Assembly: GCA_964538375.1 (NCBI GenBank)
Contig: CAZIFQ010000004.1
Location: 41,529-105,528, forward strand
DNA length: 64,000 nt
Reading direction: 5' to 3'
From: an uncultured Bacteroidaceae bacterium
GTDB taxonomy: Bacteria > Bacteroidota > Bacteroidia > Bacteroidales > GCA-2748055
Position 1 is the stretch's first letter. Every line of letters begins with the position of its first letter. This document shows positions 40,307-50,801 of the stretch, piece after piece. The notes under the pieces were generated by a model. That model was not told the origin of the DNA and searched no databases. It saw nothing but the letters and a program-made list of their open reading frames with translations. A program made the position numbers and the translations under genes.

Positions 40307-40383
40307 TTAACAAAATTAGAAGGTAACTCTTTTTAACCTGATCCCTGGAAATTTCTTATAGAATTGCATCGTATATGGGAAGA

Positions 40384-41523
40384 TCAATTCTGGTCGATTA
40401 ATTGTGTTATTGATTCTACCATCCTATTCCAGGAATATTTCTTTTTTTCTATAGATGCATTCTTTGAAAACTCTATTTCAAGATCTTCTTTATAAAATCG
40501 ATGTACTGCGCTGGCAATAGAATCAGGACTCCTTTCTACTACGAAACCAACTTTTCCGTCGGGAACTATTTCTGGAAGCCCTCCAACGTTAGTGACTATC
40601 ATTGGCTTATTAAAATGATATGCAATTTGAGAGATTCCACTCTGCGTAGCAGTTTTGTAGGGCTGAACAATCATGTCGGCAGCAGAGAAATAGTATTTAA
40701 CATCCCCGTCAGGGATGAAATTTGTATGCAGCTCAATGTAGTCTCCCAGCTGGTTTTCCTTAATTAGGGAAAGGTAAGCTTCTTCATTGGAGTAAAACTC
40801 TCCAGCAACAAGCAATTTAAGATTTAACTGTTGTAATCGGGGATCTTTAAAGGATTCTATGAGAAGATCAAGCCCCTTGTAATCTCGGATAAATCCAAAA
40901 AAGAGGATATAATTTACCGATTCTTTCAAACCAAGATGTGCTTTGGCTTTTTGTTTTTCAATAACTTCTCCAAAGATATCATACAGTGGGTGAGGACAGT
41001 AAACACGGGGTTTTAAGGTGTTAAATTGTTTTGTGTCTTCAAGTACAGACTTTGACATTGCAACATAGGCGTCAATTGGCTTAATAAAATATTTTGTAAA
41101 CATCTTGTCTCCAAATCTCTTTTCATGTGGTATGATATTATGGAATATAGAGACAATTTTAGTGATATGGTTTTTCTTTATCATTCTTGCAATGAATCCA
41201 AAACACGGTCCCATAAATGGTAGCCAATACCCAATAATTACAATTTCTGGCTTTAGTTTCTTGATCTGTATTCCAACTTTTATCCAGTTAAATGGATTTA
41301 TAGAATTTACCTTCCTCAAAATTGAAAGATGAGCTGGCTTTTCCCAATTAGCCATTTGAGTTTTTCCCGGGAAAAGAAATCCCGGATACTGTATTGTAAA
41401 TGTATAAATACTTACATCATGGCCCTGATTCTGGTATTCGGTGGCGAGTCGTTCATTATATGCAGCCAGCCCACCTCTGAATGGCCACGATGTTCCGATA
41501 ATAATGACTTTGGACTTCTTCAA
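40384..41523 (-). CDS. family 4 (group 1) glycosyltransferase
   Basis: 379-aa GT-B-type ORF. C-terminal VTNVGGLPEIVPDGKVGFVV motif. Confidence 0.8.
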   Translation of the reverse strand: MKKSKVIIIGTSWPFRGGLAAYNERLATEYQNQGHDVSIYTFTIQYPGFLFPGKTQMANWEKPAHLSILRKVNSINPFNWIKVGIQIKKLKPEIVIIGYWLPFMGPCFGFIARMIKKNHITKIVSIFHNIIPHEKRFGDKMFTKYFIKPIDAYVAMSKSVLEDTKQFNTLKPRVYCPHPLYDIFGEVIEKQKAKAHLGLKESVNYILFFGFIRDYKGLDLLIESFKDPRLQQLNLKLLVAGEFYSNEEAYLSLIKENQLGDYIELHTNFIPDGDVKYYFSAADMIVQPYKTATQSGISQIAYHFNKPMIVTNVGGLPEIVPDGKVGFVVERSPDSIASAVHRFYKEDLEIEFSKNASIEKKKYSWNRMVESITQLIDQN

Positions 41524-41611
41524 CGATCTATTACTTTACTACAAATATAGCTAATGTTCTGAGAGTCCCCCATGGATTTTAATATTGGAAAAACTGTTAT
41601 TTAGGGTGTAG

Positions 41612-42526
41612 TTATGAAACTGAATCAATTATGCACTTATTGCAGTATGCTAACATTTTTTCAGTTTCATCAGGATGAAACCATGGATACAATTCATTCT
41701 TGCGAAACCAGGTGATTTGCTTCCTTGCATACTTCCTGCTGTTTCTTTTTATCAAATCTATCGCTTCATCCATCGTTATATTTCCATCGAAATAGGAGAA
41801 TATCTCTTTGTAACCTACTGTTTTTAAAACATTTGTCTCTCTCAGATGCTTTAATCCTTCTGCTTCCTCTGCCAGGCCCTGTTCTATCATCAGATCTACC
41901 CTAAGGTTGATCCTGTCATACAAATCTTCACGATTCATGTTTAGTGCCAGGCGAATAATATGAAAATCACGTTGCTTTTTCTGGTGGGTAAGGAAGCTGG
42001 AATAGGGCTTGCCTGTCTGGATTGTTATTTCGAGTGCTTTGAGTATCCGGAGGTGGTTTTTAAGGTCAACTTTCCCATAGGTAATCGGATCAAGCAGTTT
42101 CAAATCTTTTCTGATGCTGTCAATCCCCTCTTTTATAAATTTTTTTTCCAGTGAAAGCCGAATTTCGGGATCAACCGTTGGGAGGTCATCAATACCATCA
42201 CATACCGCATTAATATATAAACCTGAACCCCCGACCATTACAACAAGGTCCTTCTTTTTGAATAACTCTTCCAGGGTAGCAAGTACATCTATCTCATACA
42301 TGCTGGCATTATAGTATTTCTCTAAACTGATAGTCTGAATAAAGTGGTGTTTAATTTCTTTGAGTTGCCCCGGTTCTGGAACTGCGGTTCCTATAGTTGT
42401 TTCTTTATAGATTTGTCTTGAATCGGCAGAGATGATTTCTGTATCGAAATGTTTAGCCAAATTTATTCCGGTGGAAGTTTTTCCTGATGCTGTGGGTCCT
42501 CCTAATACGATAAGAAACTTACTCAT
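41612..42526 (-). CDS. miaA: tRNA dimethylallyltransferase
   Basis: Start moved to ATG 42526 (MSKFLIVLGGPTASGKT P-loop). It overlaps the upstream stop by 8 nt (ATGAGTAA). Confidence 0.9.
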   Translation of the reverse strand: MSKFLIVLGGPTASGKTSTGINLAKHFDTEIISADSRQIYKETTIGTAVPEPGQLKEIKHHFIQTISLEKYYNASMYEIDVLATLEELFKKKDLVVMVGGSGLYINAVCDGIDDLPTVDPEIRLSLEKKFIKEGIDSIRKDLKLLDPITYGKVDLKNHLRILKALEITIQTGKPYSSFLTHQKKQRDFHIIRLALNMNREDLYDRINLRVDLMIEQGLAEEAEGLKHLRETNVLKTVGYKEIFSYFDGNITMDEAIDLIKRNSRKYARKQITWFRKNELYPWFHPDETEKMLAYCNKCIIDSVS

Positions 42527-43049
42527 CCTGGTATTCTTCTGTATCGGAGATGTTATATCCTTCTCCCAGGTCCTCCTCGTTGTAACCAAGTGAGTCATCT
42601 TCATCAAACTCATCTGAAATAGTCAGATTTTCAGGTTCGAGGTTGATCTGCGGGGGCGGATCGCCGCGTTCAAAAGAAATTTTTGGTAAAATCTTACTCT
42701 CAATATTATCCAATACATCTGTAAGTTCGATAAAGAATGAGCGCTCAGAGAAAAAGTCAAATACATAAAGCATACGCTGACCGTCCCTTTCAACATTATC
42801 CTCAATCCTGGCACAATCCATGGTAGCACTGGTATCACTACCATTGTCCATCATATCAATAAGTGTGATTTGCAAGAGTTTCTCCCATCCCGAATTAGTG
42901 ATGAAAAACGAGGCCAGTTGATGTGGATCATAGCCCAGGTTCTCCTGGAGAGCATTATGAAAGTCAAGAAATGTCTGGTCCCCGTTAATCAACAGCTCCC
43001 TGGCAAAATCCTTGTTTTCGTCAGATATTATTCTGAATTGAAAGATCAT
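42519..43049 (-). CDS. PRiA4_ORF3-like (IS1096 passenger TnpR family) protein with acidic tail
   Basis: 176-aa ORF. The N-terminal ~110 aa resemble the pRiA4b ORF-3 family, and the C-terminal tail is D/E-rich. Confidence 0.55.
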   Translation of the reverse strand: MIFQFRIISDENKDFARELLINGDQTFLDFHNALQENLGYDPHQLASFFITNSGWEKLLQITLIDMMDNGSDTSATMDCARIEDNVERDGQRMLYVFDFFSERSFFIELTDVLDNIESKILPKISFERGDPPPQINLEPENLTISDEFDEDDSLGYNEEDLGEGYNISDTEEYQDE

Positions 43050-43050
43050 C

Positions 43051-44130
43051 TTATTTCGAAATATCAGTTAAAAACAACAAAGTATCAATACCATCAGCAT
43101 AGTCCCATAATTCCGGATATTGCGCTTGTCCGAGAAGGACGCTGCCTTCAAATCCCTTTTCATTTGTCACAACACATTGAATTTCTTCCTTGAGCATTTC
43201 TATCTCTTTCCTGACAAAATCAAGTTCCGAATATTTTTCATAAAAAACAACTCCAACCGGGCTGGCAATATTTTTATCTTCTCTTACAAGCACTGCCAGG
43301 TTATCGAGGAAAACAACACGGTTCATGAGATAAACAGATCGCTGATAATCAATATTGTTTGCATACTTGTTATGATTGCTGATGTCTATAAAATCTTCAA
43401 GCGCCTCAAGCAATATTGTAAGGTCATAATCCTCGGGAATATAAACCTTTGTAACATTTCTGCACCCCATTCCGAAGTAAGTAAAAATATCTTCCCCCAA
43501 CTTCAACAACTCATTCCTGGTTTCCTTGCCATTAAGCACAGCGACGGCATTCCTGTTTTTGCGTATAATGTGAGGGATGTTTCTGAAATAATAATTGAAA
43601 TACCTTGAAGAATTATTGCTTCCAGTGGCAATCTGGGCATCTGCATTTTTTAGATAATCTTCCGTAAATATAATTCTGTCTTCAAATTCGGGTTCAATAT
43701 CAATAATGATATCAGCTAATACACGTATCAGCTTATCATCTTTTGAGGATGGTTTTCCAAAGAATTTGTGACCGGAGATTAGCACTGAGAGAAAATCGTG
43801 AAAGCCCACAAGGGGTATATTTCCCGCCATAACCACCCCAACAGTTTTTTGTTTAGATGAATCAACAGGTAAAGTGGGATAATTACTTAACCATACCCGC
43901 AATTTATTTTCATCAAGCATAGAGGCGATGGCTCCAACAGCAGTACGAACTGAGTCGGGAGTAAACCATGGATTACTAACGTGTTCATTTTGTATTATAT
44001 CTTCAAAGCCAGAGAAGAATTTACTGTTAAGCAACGAAAGTTCAGCGTCGGCTGATGCTTCTCCTTTTAAATGTTGATGAAGGTATTTCCCTGTTAATCC
44101 AAGGACTTCTATCATGTGATCTTTTTCCAA
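43051..44130 (-). CDS. LuxC-type acyl-CoA reductase family protein
   Basis: 359 aa from the TTG start (ATG at 44115 is an alternative). AGNIPLVGFHDF, ATGSNNSSRYF, GMGCRNV motifs as in Bacteroidota acyl-CoA reductase homologues. Confidence 0.75.
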   Translation of the reverse strand: MEKDHMIEVLGLTGKYLHQHLKGEASADAELSLLNSKFFSGFEDIIQNEHVSNPWFTPDSVRTAVGAIASMLDENKLRVWLSNYPTLPVDSSKQKTVGVVMAGNIPLVGFHDFLSVLISGHKFFGKPSSKDDKLIRVLADIIIDIEPEFEDRIIFTEDYLKNADAQIATGSNNSSRYFNYYFRNIPHIIRKNRNAVAVLNGKETRNELLKLGEDIFTYFGMGCRNVTKVYIPEDYDLTILLEALEDFIDISNHNKYANNIDYQRSVYLMNRVVFLDNLAVLVREDKNIASPVGVVFYEKYSELDFVRKEIEMLKEEIQCVVTNEKGFEGSVLLGQAQYPELWDYADGIDTLLFLTDISK

Positions 44131-44151
44131 GAGCGGGGGATTAAATGAAGT

Positions 44152-46416
44152 TTATTTATTCTGCTTTTTGATCAGGTTCAGGGCTGAGCCGGACTTAAAC
44201 CATTCAATCTGTTGCTTATTATAGGTATGCTTTGCTGCAAATTCATCTTTGCTTCCGTCACTGTGTTCCAACACTACCCGTAAAGCTTTCCCCGGCGCAA
44301 ATTCTTTCAAACCAAGTACACTGATGGTGTCATCTTCCCTTACTTTGTCATAGTCCCTCTTGTTATCAAAAGTCAGGCCAAGCATTCCCTGCTTTTTAAG
44401 ATTTGTTTCGTGGATTCTTGCAAAAGATTTAACAAGAACCACTCTAACGCCTAAATGTCTCGGTTCCATGGCAGCATGTTCCCTTGAAGATCCTTCCCCG
44501 TAATTTTCATCACCAACAACAATGGTATTTACTCCTTCGGATTTGTATATCCTGGCAACTGCTGGAACGTCGGCTTCCTCACCGGTAAGCTGGTTAACAA
44601 CCGCATTTGTTTTTTTATTGAAGAAATTGACAGCGCCAATTAGCATATTGTTGGAAATATTATCGAGGTGTCCCCTGTAACGCAGCCATGGTCCGGCCAT
44701 AGAGATATGGTCAGTTGTACATTTTCCTTCTGCCTTGATGAGCAGTTTCATGCTTGTCAGATCATTACCGTCCCATTCATTAAAAGGGGTCAGCAATTGC
44801 AGTCTTTTTGATTCAGGATTTACATCAATCTGAACACTACTTCCATCTGCCGACGGTGCCTGGTAACCATTGTCTTCAACAGCAAATCCGTTTACAGGAA
44901 GCTCTATACCCTTTGGTTCATCCAGCATTACCTGTTCGCCTAGTTCATTAGTGAGTGTATCTGTTAATGGATTAAATCTCATATCACCGGCTATAGTCAT
45001 TGCAGTAACAATCTCGGGTGATGCCACGAAAGAGTATGTATTTGGATTACCATCATTACGCTTGGCAAAATTCCTGTTAAATGAGGTGATAATTGAGTTC
45101 TTCTCCTGTTTGTCAGCATTGTGACGTGCCCACTGTCCAATACAAGGGCCGCAGGCATTGGCCAATACTACTCCTCCGATATCTTCAAAAACCTTCAACA
45201 TGCCATCACGCTCAATGGTGTATCTAACTTGCTCTGATCCGGGAGTAACCGTAAATTCGGCACCTACCTTCAGTTTTTTATCCAGGGCTTGTTGTGCTAC
45301 TGAGGCGGCACGAGAGATGTCTTCGTACGATGAGTTGGTACATGAACCAATCAGACCGACTTCCATTTTAGGAGGAAAATCATTTTCTTCCACTGCTTTG
45401 GCAAATTCTGAGATGGGCCATGCCTTATCAGGAGTAAAAGGGCCATTGATATGTGGCTCAAGCTCATCAAGATTGATCTCTATTACTTCATCGAAATATT
45501 TTTCTGGCTGGGCATATACTTCAGGATCTCCCTTGAGGTGCTCCGCGACGAGATCTGCAGCTGCAGCAACATCTTCGCGCTCTGTGCCCTTTAGGTAGTC
45601 AGCCATTTTCTTGTCATAACCAAATACTGATGTTGTGGCCCCTATCTCAGCTCCCATATTGCATATGGTTCCTTTTCCTGTGCACGAGATAATGTCTGCT
45701 CCTTCTCCAAAATACTCAAGTATTTTTCCTGTACCACCTTTTACTGTTAGCATGCCGGCAACTTTCAGGATAACATCTTTTGCTGATGTCCAACCACTAA
45801 GCTTGCCTGTTAATTTTACACCAATTAACTTTGGAAACTTCAGTTCCCAGGGCATTCCAGTCATGACATCAACAGCATCTGCACCACCAACTCCGATAGC
45901 AACCATGCCTAGTCCGCCTGCATTTACCGTGTGAGAATCAGTACCGATCATCATCCCCCCGGGGAAAGCATAGTTTTCGAGAACCACCTGGTGAATAATT
46001 CCTGCACCTGGTTTCCAAAAACCTATTCCGTATTTATTGGAGACGCTGGCAAGGAAATCGTAAACCTCCTTATTATTGTCTATGGCATTTTTCAAGTCAT
46101 CTACTGCACCGCTTTTTGCCTGGATTAAATGGTCGCAATGGACAGTTGAAGGGACCGCTGCCTGGCTTTTCCCTGCTTGCATGAATTGCAAGAGGGCCAT
46201 TTGTGCTGTGGCATCCTGCATGGCAACCCTATCGGGAGAAAAATCCACGTAGTCTGTACCTCTTTCAAAATCAGATACTTTCGATGAATCAAACAAGTGG
46301 CTGTATAGAATTTTTTCAGTAAGTGTGAGGGGTCTGCCTAAACTGCCGCGAACGTTTTGAAGTTCTGATGCAAGTTTCTGGTAATGCTTCTTAATGAGAT
46401 CAATGTCAAATGCCAT
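44152..46416 (-). CDS. aconitate hydratase (mitochondrial/AcnA-like, 754 aa)
   Basis: Fe-S ligand motifs GTDSHT, GSCTNSS and ACGPCIGQW. Confidence 0.95.
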   Translation of the reverse strand: MAFDIDLIKKHYQKLASELQNVRGSLGRPLTLTEKILYSHLFDSSKVSDFERGTDYVDFSPDRVAMQDATAQMALLQFMQAGKSQAAVPSTVHCDHLIQAKSGAVDDLKNAIDNNKEVYDFLASVSNKYGIGFWKPGAGIIHQVVLENYAFPGGMMIGTDSHTVNAGGLGMVAIGVGGADAVDVMTGMPWELKFPKLIGVKLTGKLSGWTSAKDVILKVAGMLTVKGGTGKILEYFGEGADIISCTGKGTICNMGAEIGATTSVFGYDKKMADYLKGTEREDVAAAADLVAEHLKGDPEVYAQPEKYFDEVIEINLDELEPHINGPFTPDKAWPISEFAKAVEENDFPPKMEVGLIGSCTNSSYEDISRAASVAQQALDKKLKVGAEFTVTPGSEQVRYTIERDGMLKVFEDIGGVVLANACGPCIGQWARHNADKQEKNSIITSFNRNFAKRNDGNPNTYSFVASPEIVTAMTIAGDMRFNPLTDTLTNELGEQVMLDEPKGIELPVNGFAVEDNGYQAPSADGSSVQIDVNPESKRLQLLTPFNEWDGNDLTSMKLLIKAEGKCTTDHISMAGPWLRYRGHLDNISNNMLIGAVNFFNKKTNAVVNQLTGEEADVPAVARIYKSEGVNTIVVGDENYGEGSSREHAAMEPRHLGVRVVLVKSFARIHETNLKKQGMLGLTFDNKRDYDKVREDDTISVLGLKEFAPGKALRVVLEHSDGSKDEFAAKHTYNKQQIEWFKSGSALNLIKKQNK

Positions 46417-46679
46417 AACTATAGAATTTTGTGCACACGAATTTCGTAAAAAAAATGATCGTGTCTAAATTTTTGTGTGATTAAATAACGTCTTATAATA
46501 CAAACAAGATGGCTAAGAGTTCAACTGAAGAATATTTTTATTCAGTTTAACAGAACATGATGTGAATTCCCTCTGCGTAATTTATTTTTAGGATGTGAAA
46601 TATTTTTATATCATTCCGCGTAATAGAGAGTAGATTGTTGGTAATTTTATACCTTTAAGAGTTTAAATGTAGTATTCCT

Positions 46680-47927
46680 ATGAATTCATCCGCACTGTTT
46701 TGGGAAAATATTCAGATTTCTCTAAAAGCGATTCGAACGAATCTCTTGCGGACGATTCTTACTGTAATGATCATTGCATTTGGAATCATGGCTTTGGTTG
46801 GAATTCTAACCGCCATTGATGCAATCCAGGGTAGTCTTACCCAGCAGTTCAGTATGATGGGTGCGAATACTTTTACCATTGAGTCAAGGAGTATGAATGT
46901 GCAGATCGGTAATGAGTCATACCGAAGAAAGAACCATGCTTTTATCAGCTACAGGCATGCCAGGGAGTTTAAAGAACGATTTAAGTTTCCTGCAGAAGTG
47001 TCAATTCAAACATGGGCTTCCGGCTCAGCAATCATTAAGAGCAAGACTTATAAATCAAATCCCAATACCTCTGTCAGGGGTGTTGATGAAGGATTTTTAT
47101 ATACAGGTGGGTACGAAATTGAGAAAGGAAGAAATTTTTCTCCAACAGATATCGAGAATAACGAACCTGTTGTATTAATAAGCAGTTCAATAGCAAATGA
47201 TGCATTCGGAAAGGACGTGGATCCCTTGAATAGGTTCCTGATAGTTGGTAATGGGAGATACAGGGTTATCGGTGTATTAAAAAGCCGGGGATCCTCCATG
47301 GGATTTGGTTCCGACCGTTTATGCCTGATTCCTTATACAAATGTTCGTCAGTATTTTTCCAGGCCATCCATGAACTATCAAATCAGCGTAAGAACATTTG
47401 ATCCTCTGCTGATGGAAATAGCTTTGTCGGAGGCAGAAGGAATTTTTCGTTTGGTAAGAGGACTGGATGTAACTGATGAAACTGATTTTAATATTACAAA
47501 GAGTGACCAGCTTTCGCAGATGTTGTTGGAAAATCTCAAATATGTAACCTACGCTGCTACCGTTATTGGCATTATCACCTTGCTGGGGGCAGTAATCGGT
47601 TTGATGAATATTATGTTAGTGTCTGTTACAGAAAGGACTAAGGAGATTGGAACACGTAAAGCATTGGGGGCAAAATCAGTAATGATAAGAAGACAATTCC
47701 TCTATGAGGCAATTGTGATTGGGCAACTGGGAGGTGTTGTTGGGATTATATTAGGAATTTTAATTGGAAATGCAGTATCTTTATCCATCGGGTCAAGTTT
47801 TATAATTCCCTGGATGTGGATTATTTTGGGAGTTTTACTTTGTCTGATTGTTAGTTTGGTTTCGGGATATTTCCCTGCCATGAAAGCATCAAAGTTGGAT
47901 CCGATTATTGCGCTAAGACACGAATAA
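46680..47927 (+). CDS. ABC transporter permease, MacB/FtsX type
   Basis: 415-aa ORF. TM1, a large periplasmic MacB_PCD-like domain, and a C-terminal FtsX 3-TM bundle. Confidence 0.88.
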   Translation: MNSSALFWENIQISLKAIRTNLLRTILTVMIIAFGIMALVGILTAIDAIQGSLTQQFSMMGANTFTIESRSMNVQIGNESYRRKNHAFISYRHAREFKERFKFPAEVSIQTWASGSAIIKSKTYKSNPNTSVRGVDEGFLYTGGYEIEKGRNFSPTDIENNEPVVLISSSIANDAFGKDVDPLNRFLIVGNGRYRVIGVLKSRGSSMGFGSDRLCLIPYTNVRQYFSRPSMNYQISVRTFDPLLMEIALSEAEGIFRLVRGLDVTDETDFNITKSDQLSQMLLENLKYVTYAATVIGIITLLGAVIGLMNIMLVSVTERTKEIGTRKALGAKSVMIRRQFLYEAIVIGQLGGVVGIILGILIGNAVSLSIGSSFIIPWMWIILGVLLCLIVSLVSGYFPAMKASKLDPIIALRHE

Positions 47928-47933
47928 AAGTAA

Positions 47934-48320
47934 GTGATCAATATGGACGACCTATATTTAAAAAAGTCTTTTAACTCTCCCGAGGTAGAATTTATTACTG
48001 AAAGTGGAGAACTTAATATTGAAGGTAGATCCATACCGGAAGACCCTGGAGAATTTTTCGACAGGTTAATTAACTGGCTGAATGAATACTTTCTGAATCC
48101 CATTGATGCTACCGTTATGAATATCAAACTGGAGTATATCAATAGTGGATCATCCAAATATATGCTTGAACTCCTCAGGATCATGAAAGTGAATCATGAA
48201 AAGGGCAGGGATGTGCTGATTAAGTGGTATTTTGAAGAAGGAGATGAATCCATCGAAGAGCTGGGACAGCATTATGAACAAACGATACAAATTCCATTTG
48301 AATTGATTGAGTATTACTAG
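47934..48320 (+). CDS. DUF1987 / SiaC-family protein
   Basis: 128 aa from the GTG start (ATG 47943 is an alternative). SPEVEF...GELNIEGRSIPEDPGEFF...LEYINSGSSKYMLELL matches the SiaC/DUF1987 pattern. Confidence 0.8.
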   Translation: MINMDDLYLKKSFNSPEVEFITESGELNIEGRSIPEDPGEFFDRLINWLNEYFLNPIDATVMNIKLEYINSGSSKYMLELLRIMKVNHEKGRDVLIKWYFEEGDESIEELGQHYEQTIQIPFELIEYY

Positions 48321-48339
48321 GCAATCGCATTATCATATG

Positions 48340-48369
48340 AAAAAGCCGTTCCATTTGGGACGGCTTTTT
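48340..48369. terminator. bidirectional intrinsic terminator
   Basis: AGCCGTTCC-ATTT-GGGACGGCT hairpin flanked by A5 and T5, between the convergent DUF1987 gene and gap. Confidence 0.8.
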
Positions 48370-48438
48370 AAATCAATATCTAAAGATTTCAAGAAAAATT
48401 CAAATGCGAAGCAGTTGAAAGACTCTTAAAATTATAAG

Positions 48439-49515
<1,077 letters not shown>

Positions 49516-49557
49516 TCATTCGACCAATAAAACGAATGTGAATAAATCGTTAAGAAT

Positions 49558-50409
49558 CTATAAGTTGAGAATTCTATTTGAAGGCATCTGCTTCATGGCG
49601 GCTTTGCGTTCCTGGTGTTTCTCTTTGCGCGTTTTTAATTTACCCTTATCGCTGATATCAATGATGTTGCCAAATCGATACCCAAGATACATTTTAAAGA
49701 AAAAGAAATTTGTCTCTTCCGTAGCCATGATCTCTATGTCAGTTGGGTAGACTGTTAAACCAAGACCCACTTCCAGGGCATGGACAATGGGTTCTTTTTT
49801 GCTATACTCGAAATTAAATCCGCCTTTTACTGTAAGACCGGGAATGACTTTTAACTCGTCAAAGCCCATTAGGAAAGAGGCCGTACCACCAAAATTGTAC
49901 ACATGATCGCTGAGGTCAAATTTTTTAACTCGAAAATCAACAATTTCACCGATACTGTTGTATGTTACGATATCATAATAGATGGGTTTCTGAAATCCTA
50001 ATGAAATCCCTCCGGAATAAAATAGTTTGATGGAGATTGATGAAGCATCATGCTTGCTGTACAATTCTTTGTGACGTCCAATATAGCCCTTAATTTCCCA
50101 AAATAGATTCTCTTTCCCATATACGAATCTTTTTGTGTATATCTGGTAGTCAGAGCTGTAACTAATAACAGATGTGTACTCTTTCGGGTGCTTTATATAG
50201 TCGAAGTCGATGTCATAATGCCACCGGTTCCTATAGTCCATATATCTTGCGTAGCGGTAACTGACACCAAAACCATTACTATTTAGATTCGCGCCAATTG
50301 TACGCTCGTCTGAAAACAGGGTCTTCTGTTGCTCTTCCAGGATACCCTGTCCGAATAGACCAGTTATCAGCATGAAGGAAAATATTGCTATAAGAATCAG
50401 CTGTCTCAC
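49558..50409 (-). CDS. hypothetical outer-membrane beta-barrel-like protein
   Basis: 283-aa ORF with a GTG start. Signal peptide and an alternating hydrophobic pattern; no family recognised. Confidence 0.5.
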   Translation of the reverse strand: MRQLILIAIFSFMLITGLFGQGILEEQQKTLFSDERTIGANLNSNGFGVSYRYARYMDYRNRWHYDIDFDYIKHPKEYTSVISYSSDYQIYTKRFVYGKENLFWEIKGYIGRHKELYSKHDASSISIKLFYSGGISLGFQKPIYYDIVTYNSIGEIVDFRVKKFDLSDHVYNFGGTASFLMGFDELKVIPGLTVKGGFNFEYSKKEPIVHALEVGLGLTVYPTDIEIMATEETNFFFFKMYLGYRFGNIIDISDKGKLKTRKEKHQERKAAMKQMPSNRILNL

Positions 50410-50539
50410 GTAGTGTTTAATATAATTACTTTTAATACAGGTGTAAAGTTATAACGAAAAAAGTGAAGTGAAGTTATCTGGCAAAAAAAAAGATCTACCT
50501 GCGTAAATCTTTTAAATATCCTTATATGTAAAATTTAAT

Positions 50540-50665
50540 CTAACCTATAGTCTCAACCTGATCAGTGTCGACTTGAGAATACGCGGGACAAGCTTCTTTG
50601 CTGCATGAACTCATGATTAGACCAAGGGCAAATACAAGTACGATTAAAATAGCTGCTTTTTTCAT
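50540..50665 (-). CDS. 41-aa putative lipoprotein (below ORF-track cutoff)
   Basis: MKKAAILIVLVFALGLIMSSCSKEACPAYSQVDTDQVETIG. Signal peptide plus lipobox Cys, with a perfect -7 box 35 nt upstream. Confidence 0.6.
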   Translation of the reverse strand: MKKAAILIVLVFALGLIMSSCSKEACPAYSQVDTDQVETIG

Positions 50666-50699
50666 AACGGTTTTTTTTAGTTCTGAGGCAATACGATTA

Positions 50700-50707
50700 C
50701 AAATATA
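50700..50707 (-). promoter_or_regulatory. candidate -7 promoter box TAtaTTTG
   Basis: The minus-strand TATATTTG is the reverse complement of caaatata at 50700-50707. Confidence 0.45.
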
Positions 50708-50766
50708 AAATTTAATTGGAATTAAAAAAACAGAAAATCAAGTATAAGTATTTACAAATTGAGAAT

Positions 50767-50801
50767 TGTCCACTGCCCAATGCTCACTGCCCACTGACCT
50801 A
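50767..50801 (+). repeat. TGCYCAC heptamer array (5 units)
   Basis: TGTCCAC TGCCCAA TGCTCAC TGCCCAC TGACCTA. The last unit contains the nitroreductase stop codon. Confidence 0.75.

Noticed and set aside
41612-42613. Long 333-aa version of miaA starting at 42613
   Set aside because: The extension overlaps the upstream ORF by 95 nt and precedes the P-loop N-terminus. ATG 42526 gives a canonical MiaA N-terminus.
45158-45598. 146-aa + strand ORF (with 44870-45124, 45635-45934 and 45931-46128) antisense to aconitase
   Set aside because: It lies entirely inside a strongly supported aconitase CDS on the other strand. The Ser/Pro/Thr-rich composition is typical of antisense frames.
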